Below, piece after piece: positions 1 through 7,840 of a stretch of 58,905 bases of DNA; position 1 is the first letter of the stretch; the number at the start of each line of letters is the position of its first letter. The notes under the pieces were generated by a model. The model did no database searches, was not told where the DNA came from, and saw only the letters and a list, made by a program, of their open reading frames with translations. The position numbers and the translations under genes are program-made. Source of the stretch: a virus (lineage: Duplodnaviria; Caudoviricetes); IMG/VR virus record IMGVR_UViG_3300045996_001882, positions 1-58,905 of that record. One strand, given 5' to 3'.

Positions 1-127
1 TCCCTGGCGATCTGACCGGCGAGCACGTCGTCGCGCGCTTCGGCGACAGAACGCAGAGCTTCGGCGAGAACCGGGGCGAGACCAGCACGAAGGCCGGCCG
101 TCACTGCCTCGACCTGACGCTTCTCCG
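1..127. repeat. Exact 127-bp copy of 58779-58905 (circular-assembly overlap)
   Basis: Identical sequence at both ends; the endolysin ORF reads in frame across the join; 127 is a common assembler k-mer length. Confidence 0.95.
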
Positions 128-1019
128 AGGCTTCGAGCAGAGCGCGCAGCGCCTCCTCGTCCAGGTCGGGATCGCTGATCAGACTCGCCACGAGCTGGAT
201 GAGCTTGTCGACCTTCGAGTTGGTCTCGTAGGCCACGTCCTTGGCCTCACGAATCATCTCGTTTGCGTAGCGGAGCAGCTGTCCCGTCGGCGCGGTCGTA
301 CGCTTGTCGATCTCGTCCGGGGTACGCGGGATCTCGTGGTTCCAGACATCCTGTGCGCTCACGTCATCATCTCCCTGCAAGTAGCTGAGTGGAACGTAGG
401 ATTCCAGCAGGTCGGTGGCAGTCCCGAGGAGCACCGGCTGGAAGTTGTTCTGCTGCCAGAGCTGCACTCCATCGATCAGCGCAGACTTCGCACCGCACTG
501 CATGAAGTACTTGACCCGTCCACGACGCACGACTTCAGCCATGCTGTCGTAGAACCCGTAGAAGCCCGCCATCTCGCCGACGACAGACACGAACCCCCGA
601 AGGTACTCGTCGATGTCGTTGTCCGACAGCGTGGCGTAACCGGCCTTGACCTTGAACCGATCGAGACACGCGAGAATCGGCGACTCGCCGTCCCAGCCCA
701 CACGACTGCTTCGCGCGTCAGCAAGAGCGGTCTGACCGTGCAGACGACCCTTCGCGTATCCGCCCTCGAAGTCGTTGTAAGCGATCTGGTGGAACAGGCC
801 GACGAACTTGCCGGCATTCCTGAACCGCTGGTATGCACCCGGGTAGTAAGAGATGCACTTGCGGTTCGCCGGGTAGCCGATGTAACGCCACACGAACGAG
901 ATCGGGTACTTGATGCCGTTGTGCCACACCTCGTTGATCTCGCCGGGCGAGAACTCACGAGCTGAGTAATCGGACCCGTAAGCCTCGATCACACGTGTGG
1001 TCTTAGTCAATCCTCCCAT
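1..1019 (-). CDS. Endolysin, DUF1906/GH25-like (Rv2525c-like) glycoside hydrolase; 360 aa, continues across the join to 58715
   Basis: Own translation (absent from ORF track): MGGLTKTTRVIEAYGSDYS...FVWRYIG...ILACLD...AGFYG...VQLWQ; ATG at 1019 preceded by GGAAAGAGGA; 1019+64 nt = 361 codons; upstream of holin. Confidence 0.8.
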   Translation of the reverse strand, partial: MGGLTKTTRVIEAYGSDYSAREFSPGEINEVWHNGIKYPISFVWRYIGYPANRKCISYYPGAYQRFRNAGKFVGLFHQIAYNDFEGGYAKGRLHGQTALADARSSRVGWDGESPILACLDRFKVKAGYATLSDNDIDEYLRGFVSVVGEMAGFYGFYDSMAEVVRRGRVKYFMQCGAKSALIDGVQLWQQNNFQPVLLGTATDLLESYVPLSYLQGDDDVSAQDVWNHEIPRTPDEIDKRTTAPTGQLLRYANEMIREAKDVAYETNSKVDKLIQLVASLISDPDLDEEALRALLEASEKRQVEAVTAGLRAGLAPVLAEALRSVAEARDDVLAGQIAR

Positions 1020-1037
1020 GTCGTCCGTCCTCCTTTC

Positions 1038-1925
1038 CTATGCCGGGTGAACGTGGGCTTCGAACATAGCGCCGATCGTGGAAGTGATCGCCTGCATGTT
1101 GCCCGTACCGTACGCACGTTCGAGCATCATGTAGAGCGTCGTCGCACCCGTCAAACTGCCCGTCTTGGGAACGAACCCGAACGGCGTGACAGCGTGTCGG
1201 TATTGACCATCCACACCCATGACTTCAGCAGCGATCGTGCCCGTTGCAGTGCCCTGACGAACGACCAACTTGGGCTGCGTGTTGCTCGCCGCCTGAATTT
1301 CGATCGCCGCCGACACGTTGATGAAGTACGGGAAGCCAGGGTCGGGAATCGCCAGTGTGGAAATCTGGAACGTTGCAGCAGTCGTCCCGCCCGTGGTGGT
1401 GAACGAGGTAGTTCGATACCTCAGAGGCGGATCCTGGCGGCGTCCACTCGCGCCGACGATCGCCGAGCCCTGGAGGATCTGGTCGCTGCGCAGAGTCGTA
1501 GCACTGTCACGGTACAGGTTGACGTCCGCCGCGGCAGTACCGTCGCCCCACTTGAGACGACCATCGAAGTCGATCGAGAACCGCTGGTTCACGTCCGTGG
1601 ACCGTCGAAGATCAAGCGCGCGGTTTCCCGCCGGCGCAGGAATGCTTCTCCACACGTGTGGAGCGTTGGCTCCTGAAGTGCCGTACGTCTCCGTTCCCTG
1701 GCCCATGTAGAGCCACGTCGCGCCGGCCCAGTGGATCTTGGCGCCAGTGTCACTCTCGTAAGCGATCTGACCCGACCAAGGCGATGCTGGGCGAGCACCT
1801 GACGTAGTTGAAGCGAGACCGATCTGAGTGTCGATCTGTGAGAGCCAGCCGTTGATCTTGGTGAAGTCCACCAGCTCGTTCTCATCGGCGATCAACTCAA
1901 GGGCGATCTTCGGCGTAGTCGGCAC
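1038..1925 (-). CDS. Tail fibre / minor tail protein (295 aa)
   Basis: RPASPWSGQIAYESDTG and WGDGTAAADVNLYR segments typical of actinophage tail fibres; Thr/Gly-rich; end of tail block. Confidence 0.65.
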   Translation of the reverse strand: MPTTPKIALELIADENELVDFTKINGWLSQIDTQIGLASTTSGARPASPWSGQIAYESDTGAKIHWAGATWLYMGQGTETYGTSGANAPHVWRSIPAPAGNRALDLRRSTDVNQRFSIDFDGRLKWGDGTAAADVNLYRDSATTLRSDQILQGSAIVGASGRRQDPPLRYRTTSFTTTGGTTAATFQISTLAIPDPGFPYFINVSAAIEIQAASNTQPKLVVRQGTATGTIAAEVMGVDGQYRHAVTPFGFVPKTGSLTGATTLYMMLERAYGTGNMQAITSTIGAMFEAHVHPA

Positions 1926-2226
1926 TCTTGTCCCTCCTTCGTCCCCGTGTACGAACCCGGTGGAACACGATCAGCGTGCGCATCGTGAACGTCACCGCGA
2001 GAGCGAGTAGAATCGTCCTCAGAACGTCCTCAGCGACCTGATTCGTCACGTAACGTGCGACGATACCGGACGCGAACAAAGACGCTACTGTGAACCCCAT
2101 GAACATCATGTGACGCCCGACGTCTGAACGCTCCCAGGGCGATGTGATCCAGTAGTAGATGATGAAGGACAACGCGAGTCCGAAGCCGGTCAGTATCAAG
2201 ACCGCTCGAACCGTGTCAAATGACAT
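1897..2226 (-). CDS. Membrane protein, putative holin-like (109 aa, about 3 TM)
   Basis: Three hydrophobic stretches, PWERSDVGRHMM motif, basic C-terminus. Confidence 0.6.
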   Translation of the reverse strand: MSFDTVRAVLILTGFGLALSFIIYYWITSPWERSDVGRHMMFMGFTVASLFASGIVARYVTNQVAEDVLRTILLALAVTFTMRTLIVFHRVRTRGRRRDKSADYAEDRP

Positions 2227-2560
2227 AGCCCGACCTACCAGTCTTCTTGGCCCGAACCTGAGTCCGAACGAACAGTGATACCCTCCACCACACGACGATC
2301 ACTAGGGCGATGATCGATGAGTAAGACACGAGAGCACGTCCTGGGTACTCGGCCCAGATGAACCGGGGCAAGTACGTCGATATCGCGTAGGCCACCACGA
2401 AACTGAACCAGAACAGGTGTCGCCCGACTTCCGTCGTCCGCCACGGTGCGAAGATCACGTAGAGGATCGGAAACAACCACGCCCCCACAAACGCTGCGAT
2501 GACGAAGAAGAAGTACAGGTACAACCAGAACCCGTTCAACTGCTCGACGATCGTGCTCAT
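2216..2560 (-). CDS. Membrane protein, putative holin-like paralogue (114 aa, about 3 TM)
   Basis: PWRTTEVGRHLF motif shared with neighbour; hydrophobic helices. Confidence 0.6.
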   Translation of the reverse strand: MSTIVEQLNGFWLYLYFFFVIAAFVGAWLFPILYVIFAPWRTTEVGRHLFWFSFVVAYAISTYLPRFIWAEYPGRALVSYSSIIALVIVVWWRVSLFVRTQVRAKKTGRSGYVI

Positions 2561-2772
2561 TGCGTCCGCCCCCTTCTCGCTGCCATGACCTTCTCGATGT
2601 TCTCCGCGAAGTGGTTCTCATGCTGGTATCGCCGGAGCCGGTCGATCATAGCCTGCGCTTCTTCGTCAGAAGCCGTCCCCCGTCGCAAATCGTACGCTTC
2701 GGCTAGCGTCTGTTCGGCTTCAGTTCCATCTACGTCCCCCACCTTCCTGAAAATGTTTCGCCAGAAAGTCAT
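2557..2772 (-). CDS. Small lysis-cluster protein (71 aa)
   Basis: ATGA overlaps with both neighbours; ENHFAE motif. Confidence 0.55.
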   Translation of the reverse strand: MTFWRNIFRKVGDVDGTEAEQTLAEAYDLRRGTASDEEAQAMIDRLRRYQHENHFAENIEKVMAARRGRTQ

Positions 2773-3029
2773 TCCTGGTCCTCCACCTGTTGGCGTATTC
2801 CCAGGATCATCCGCTCTAGCGTCTTCGCCGATTCGAGCTGAACCTGGGTGAGTAGTTGATCCTTGCGTTCCGCCGTTGCACGGTTGAACTCCGCCGCTTC
2901 CTTGTACTGCTCAATACGCTCTTCCATGACACTACGCGGAACAAGACGTCCCGTGTAGATCATCCACGCGACCGCTGTCAATACCGAGACTGCCCCGCCA
3001 GTCGGCACGTAGGAGAGCCACTCTTCCAC
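2769..3029 (-). CDS. Single-TM coiled-coil membrane protein (86 aa)
   Basis: N-terminal hydrophobic helix, GRLVPR, coiled-coil tail; GAGGTGA RBS. Confidence 0.6.
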   Translation of the reverse strand: MEEWLSYVPTGGAVSVLTAVAWMIYTGRLVPRSVMEERIEQYKEAAEFNRATAERKDQLLTQVQLESAKTLERMILGIRQQVEDQE

Positions 3030-3032
3030 CTA

Positions 3033-3206
3033 TCACCTCATTGACTTGAGTCTTTCGATTTCCCGATCGCGGTTTGCGATCTTGCCTGCGGCCAGTGCCA
3101 GCTCGTTCACGAGCTGCTGGATGCGGTCGAGGTAGAACTCCTGAAGGTCGGTGAACAACACCGCTTCCCCCGTTGACACTTCAGGGGTCGTCGTGGACTC
3201 AGGCAT
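3033..3206 (-). CDS. Small coiled-coil protein (57 aa)
   Basis: Own translation MPESTTTPEV...ERLKSMR; GGAG RBS; fills gap in operon. Confidence 0.55.
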   Translation of the reverse strand: MPESTTTPEVSTGEAVLFTDLQEFYLDRIQQLVNELALAAGKIANRDREIERLKSMR

Positions 3207-3786
3207 TGTTCTCCAACTCCTCTCGAGCTGCCTTCTGAATCACTTCGCCGATCGCCCGTTCCAGGAACACGAGCGGCCGCAGCAGGTCTGGGTCCATCTC
3301 CTGCACTCCGCTTCGGTGACGCTCGAGAATCACCGGCAACGACTTGATCACGAGATCCTGCGGGGGCGGGTTCGCGACAATTCGACGCATCTCATCAAGA
3401 ACCCCTCCCTTCGCACGTGTGGAGATCCTGAACTTCAGCTTGATGTTCGTGATCTCAGCCAGGTAGACTTCTCGTGCTTCGGCGATGGTAGCCGCCGTGA
3501 AAAGAGTCTTCTGACCCGCCCAGAATTCCGGTGAGACGTAGTCTTCGCAGATGACGATGTCTACCAGCGTGTTCACGTTGCCCGGGTCGAACCCGTACTC
3601 TGCTGCACGCCAGACCGGAGTGTCGTGTGGCATCACCAGCCGAACATCTCCGTGGTTGCCTTCACCGTCGTACTCTCGCTTGTCGATCTGCCAGAACTTC
3701 TTCCCCTCACGAGTAACGGTAGAAAGGTCGAGGATTTCCACCTTGACCAATTTGTCCCTATCGATGATCACGGCTTGATCCTCCAC
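3199..3786 (-). CDS. Hypothetical tail-associated protein (195 aa)
   Basis: In operon directly after the large minor tail gene. Confidence 0.6.
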   Translation of the reverse strand: MEDQAVIIDRDKLVKVEILDLSTVTREGKKFWQIDKREYDGEGNHGDVRLVMPHDTPVWRAAEYGFDPGNVNTLVDIVICEDYVSPEFWAGQKTLFTAATIAEAREVYLAEITNIKLKFRISTRAKGGVLDEMRRIVANPPPQDLVIKSLPVILERHRSGVQEMDPDLLRPLVFLERAIGEVIQKAAREELENNA

Positions 3787-6641
3787 ACCTGGGCCGAGTA
3801 GAACCCATTTCTTCCTGCCGTACCGTTGCCCACCATGAAGCTCGTGTTGGTAGAGTTGAACACGACCACACCCACGTTCAAGTAGCCAGTGAAGTCAGTC
3901 CAGCTCGCATTGATACAGACATCACCGATCATCGTAGCGCCGTAGCCGAAGCTGACCGAGCCGCCCGCCCAACCGATGTTGTCCAACCACAGAGCTGCTC
4001 GACCGCCGTTCGCGAAACCCCGCGCTCCATATCCCTTGAAGTACAGAACTTCGTCGTCGTAGATGCTGAGGTTCGCATCTCGTCCGTCGGGGTGTCGCCA
4101 TCCCAGCGTGGCGAACGTGCGACTCAAGTGCACCACACCCGCGCTGAGCGTTCCAGCCGTGTCGTAAATCTCCATCCACACGTTGTCGGCGTTGATCCTC
4201 ACACTCCCGCCGCGTGTGGAGCCGGTGCCGACCTGCGTGTATGACAGGCGAGCATCGTTGTCGAACAACCACAGGGTGGTCTGATACCCGCCCGAACCGC
4301 CCGAGTTCATGCCGAGGCTGGCATTTCCAGTAGACGGGGCGTTGATGTACGAGTAGGTCGAGCCCGTCGAAGGGTAGAATCTCATCTCTGGGAAGAACGT
4401 CCCGCCGACTTCCTCGTTCATCACGATGCGAGTTCCGACCGTTCCGGACTGTACCTGACCAGTGAAGTACCCCTTGCCGGTTGACGCGTCGAGGAACACC
4501 GTTCGGGTGTTACCCGAGTTGAACAGCTCAACGCCAGCCGTGTTCAGTTCAGCGCGAGCACCTGTGTTTCCGGTCTTGATCCGAGCGCCGACGAACCAGT
4601 CTGCACTGATCGTGCCGGCAGTCACCTTCGTGACCGTCAGGTTCTGCACGTGCTGATCGTCAATCAACGTTGCCGTTGCTGCGACAGACACACTGGGCTG
4701 TGATGCGTTGCCCGCCTCGTCCACCGCGACCACACGGTACCAACGAGCGCCGATCGCATCGGTCTTGAACCCGCCGACTGCGGGAATCAGACCGGTGATC
4801 ATCCCCGCGGTGACGGGCAACTTGCCAATCAGAGTGGCGTTCGACACCTCGAACGTGTTCGTCGTCCCCTGGTGAATCTCTAGGTGATTCATGTCAAGCT
4901 CGAGATTGTACGTGCCACCGCCAGCAACGCCGAGCGTGTGCGTGATCTGCACCCCGATCAGCGAAGCAGCGACCGTCGGAGGAGCAGGTGTGGAAGGTGC
5001 GATCGTGTCACCCGTGGTCTGCCACACCGCGAGTGTCGACCATGCGCCGGCGTTAGGCGGTGACCCGGTGTCGACTGCTCGAACCTGAGCTTCATAGGGC
5101 ATGTTCGGCGTGAGCTCTTGCAGCATGAACCGCAGCTCATCGGCTGTGACAGTCAAGTACTGCCAGTCAACGTTCTCGTACTTGAGCGGATTACCCCACG
5201 TACCGCCAGTAGCCTGAATCTCACCCCAGGTCTGGGTACCGAGTTGACCCCACGTCACCGGGAAGATCGGTGTGGTCGAGGTGCGATACCTGATCTCGTA
5301 GTAGGCTGCGTCGTTCATCGCAGAGCCGTCGGTGTTCAGTGGCCTCGTCCACACGAGTACAACCTGCGAGCGTGTGAGTCCTGACACAGGTGACTGGTAG
5401 ACTCCGAGGGCGAATGGCTGAACCCAGGTGGGAGCGGCCGGAATCGTGGTGTTCGCCGTAGGAGGACGCGTTCCAGGAGTCTCGGTGGATGACCCCGTGA
5501 GCGACCTGTTGTAGCCGCCCACAACCAGCGTGGTGTCGCCCTGTTCCCACTCGACGTACTTCGTCAGGTCGATCCAGATAGGCTCGCCGCCAGGCGTCGT
5601 CGGGTTCTTGCGGTACGCAACCGACATACCCTGAATGACAGGCCACGTCATCTCGGTGATCTGTAGCTTCACCGGATTGATGCGTCGACCCCGAAAGATG
5701 ACTTCCTTCGTGTAGTCGACCAGCTGAAGATCCTCGTCGTGAACCCACGCGTAGTCACCGACCTGAGCAACACCCTTGATGTCGTACTCGGTCGTGCTCA
5801 TCGTGAGAGCGGAACGCGGCTTCGTGAACCGGTTGAGTTGAAGCTGTGCTCGTGCCTCGGCGTTGGTGGTATCAGTCTGTGACTCCGACACGAGGCGAGT
5901 CAACTTGACGGGATTGCCGTAGAGGTCGCGGTACACATTCTTCACCGGGTCGATGTCAGCATCGGCCGTGACGATGGAATCTTCTGTACCTTCAGCGAGC
6001 AAGAGCACACGTGTGGTGAAGTCACGAACGTCATCAGACGTCTTGAGGTTACCGAGCAGTCCTCGCAGCCTCATGTCCACACCCGCGTCACGACGAATCA
6101 CTGCGCATCGCAGTTCATCGTCCGCGGTGAGGAACAGATCTTCCTCTAGCCCGGCGTCGAGCGTGCCATCACCGTTGACTCGCCAGGTCGCGCCGTAGGT
6201 CTCGGTGATGTACTTGATCACCTGACGCGGAGTCTGGTACCGAAACGTACCGGTCACGGGTGAGGCAATTCCGTACAGCGTCCCGGGCACAATCGCCCCG
6301 CTCGGTGGGAGAGCAGCTGTGATCGCGTCCTGGAACGTCGCCCCCGTGAAGGTCAACGGGTTCTCGAAGATCTCACCCTTGGCCTCCTCATCACCGAGCC
6401 AGTACGAGATGTCTGATCCCGACAACGAACGCGAGTCACCCTCGAAGTCACGCTGACGCACCACACCCACGTACCGCGCTTCGGACAGCAGTCCGTCCTG
6501 AGTGAGCGCGGGGTTGATCTGACCCACCGACACGGCGATGTGACCGAAGTACTGGATCTCGTCGAGAATCGATCGCGGAGTGTTCTCCCGAAGCTTCAAC
6601 GACCAAGAACCGAGCCCGCGAAGAATCTCCGTAATTGCCAT
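3768..6641 (-). CDS. Large minor tail / tail-tip protein with fibronectin-III-like domains (957 aa)
   Basis: YEAQVRAVD and YRVVAVDEAGNAS FN3 signatures; TWG repeats; second gene after tape measure. Confidence 0.8.
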   Translation of the reverse strand: MAITEILRGLGSWSLKLRENTPRSILDEIQYFGHIAVSVGQINPALTQDGLLSEARYVGVVRQRDFEGDSRSLSGSDISYWLGDEEAKGEIFENPLTFTGATFQDAITAALPPSGAIVPGTLYGIASPVTGTFRYQTPRQVIKYITETYGATWRVNGDGTLDAGLEEDLFLTADDELRCAVIRRDAGVDMRLRGLLGNLKTSDDVRDFTTRVLLLAEGTEDSIVTADADIDPVKNVYRDLYGNPVKLTRLVSESQTDTTNAEARAQLQLNRFTKPRSALTMSTTEYDIKGVAQVGDYAWVHDEDLQLVDYTKEVIFRGRRINPVKLQITEMTWPVIQGMSVAYRKNPTTPGGEPIWIDLTKYVEWEQGDTTLVVGGYNRSLTGSSTETPGTRPPTANTTIPAAPTWVQPFALGVYQSPVSGLTRSQVVLVWTRPLNTDGSAMNDAAYYEIRYRTSTTPIFPVTWGQLGTQTWGEIQATGGTWGNPLKYENVDWQYLTVTADELRFMLQELTPNMPYEAQVRAVDTGSPPNAGAWSTLAVWQTTGDTIAPSTPAPPTVAASLIGVQITHTLGVAGGGTYNLELDMNHLEIHQGTTNTFEVSNATLIGKLPVTAGMITGLIPAVGGFKTDAIGARWYRVVAVDEAGNASQPSVSVAATATLIDDQHVQNLTVTKVTAGTISADWFVGARIKTGNTGARAELNTAGVELFNSGNTRTVFLDASTGKGYFTGQVQSGTVGTRIVMNEEVGGTFFPEMRFYPSTGSTYSYINAPSTGNASLGMNSGGSGGYQTTLWLFDNDARLSYTQVGTGSTRGGSVRINADNVWMEIYDTAGTLSAGVVHLSRTFATLGWRHPDGRDANLSIYDDEVLYFKGYGARGFANGGRAALWLDNIGWAGGSVSFGYGATMIGDVCINASWTDFTGYLNVGVVVFNSTNTSFMVGNGTAGRNGFYSAQVWRIKP

Positions 6642-7840
6642 TACCGTGTCACCCCGCTCACAAGCTCCGAAGGACTGCCGATGTACTGCGCGTACAGAGA
6701 AGTCGCCGAGTCACCTGTTGCCGGCGTAGTTCCGTTGAGCACCACACCGACCATCGCGTCGAAACGCACTGCAGAGGCGAGCGAGATCCCGCCATTCGCC
6801 AGGTCAGTCGTGAATGTGCGAGTAGACCCGACAATGTAGCGATTCCCGTTCGCGTCGTTCGCCGTAGCTGAAACGAAGCCGTTGCCCGACGTACCGGTCT
6901 GAGCTGTAGACAACACCAGAGCGAACGTGCCGGCAGTTGCGCTCTGAGCGTAAATCTCAGCGAACCGAGCGCCTCGCCGGAGTGTGATGTCACACGTGAC
7001 GCGAACGGACGCCAGCGTGCGAATCAGACGCACTGTGACGACTTCGTACTCGTTGTGAATCACGCTCACCGCGTCGGGCACTCCGAGCGTTGTGCCGGCG
7101 TAGGTCATGTTCCAGTTCTTCGCGCGCCAGGCAGTACCATCCCAGACGCTGACCTCGAGCACACCACCCGACAACAGTGGACGAATGCGCATGATGCTGT
7201 TCGACACCTCCCACGACCCGGGTGTGGTCGCGAACGAGGTCCCCACACGCTCGAACCCGTTGGCGTCGAGAAATCGAGCCCGACCGAGCCCGTAGTTCTC
7301 CTCGTAACTCGTCCACCGCGGGGTCGTGCCGGCGAGCGTTCGGTAGACGCGAATCGTCCCGTCCGTTGAGACTCGATCGGTGAACGGCGGGATGGTGGAA
7401 CTGACGAAGTACCCGTTGTGACCCCCGGCAGGTGCGTGCCATCGATCACCTGTGACCGTGAAGTTGTTCTGGCGAGTGAGAGCGCCGCCGAGCTTGGATT
7501 CCAGGTCAATCTCGAAGGATGAACCGACGCGGAGCAGATCGATCGTCCAGGGCAGCGCGCCCATCGCGTGATCTTCCCACTTGAGCCAGTTCGCCGTTGA
7601 TGCCGACACCTGGTAGTAACCGTTGAGCTCGGGCTTCTGGCTGAACACGACGGGGACGAACGAACCTCGAAGATTCAAGATGTCCTCACGCCGCCTACTC
7701 ATGTCAGGCAACTTCACGTGTGGGGATGACTCTTGACCAGCGAGCCTCAGCGTTCGCACGCCATCAGTATTCTCTTCGTTCACCGACAGATTCTCGCGTA
7801 GAGACACACGCCCAACCTTGACTACTCCGTATCTACTCAC
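6641..7840 (-). CDS. Minor tail protein, distal-tail position (399 aa)
   Basis: Immediately after tape measure, overlapping start/stop; beta-rich composition. Confidence 0.7.
   Translation of the reverse strand: MSRYGVVKVGRVSLRENLSVNEENTDGVRTLRLAGQESSPHVKLPDMSRRREDILNLRGSFVPVVFSQKPELNGYYQVSASTANWLKWEDHAMGALPWTIDLLRVGSSFEIDLESKLGGALTRQNNFTVTGDRWHAPAGGHNGYFVSSTIPPFTDRVSTDGTIRVYRTLAGTTPRWTSYEENYGLGRARFLDANGFERVGTSFATTPGSWEVSNSIMRIRPLLSGGVLEVSVWDGTAWRAKNWNMTYAGTTLGVPDAVSVIHNEYEVVTVRLIRTLASVRVTCDITLRRGARFAEIYAQSATAGTFALVLSTAQTGTSGNGFVSATANDANGNRYIVGSTRTFTTDLANGGISLASAVRFDAMVGVVLNGTTPATGDSATSLYAQYIGSPSELVSGVTR

Noticed and set aside
336-965. ORF-track proteins in the first kilobase
   Set aside because: The real gene is the endolysin, missed by the track because it runs off the window edge
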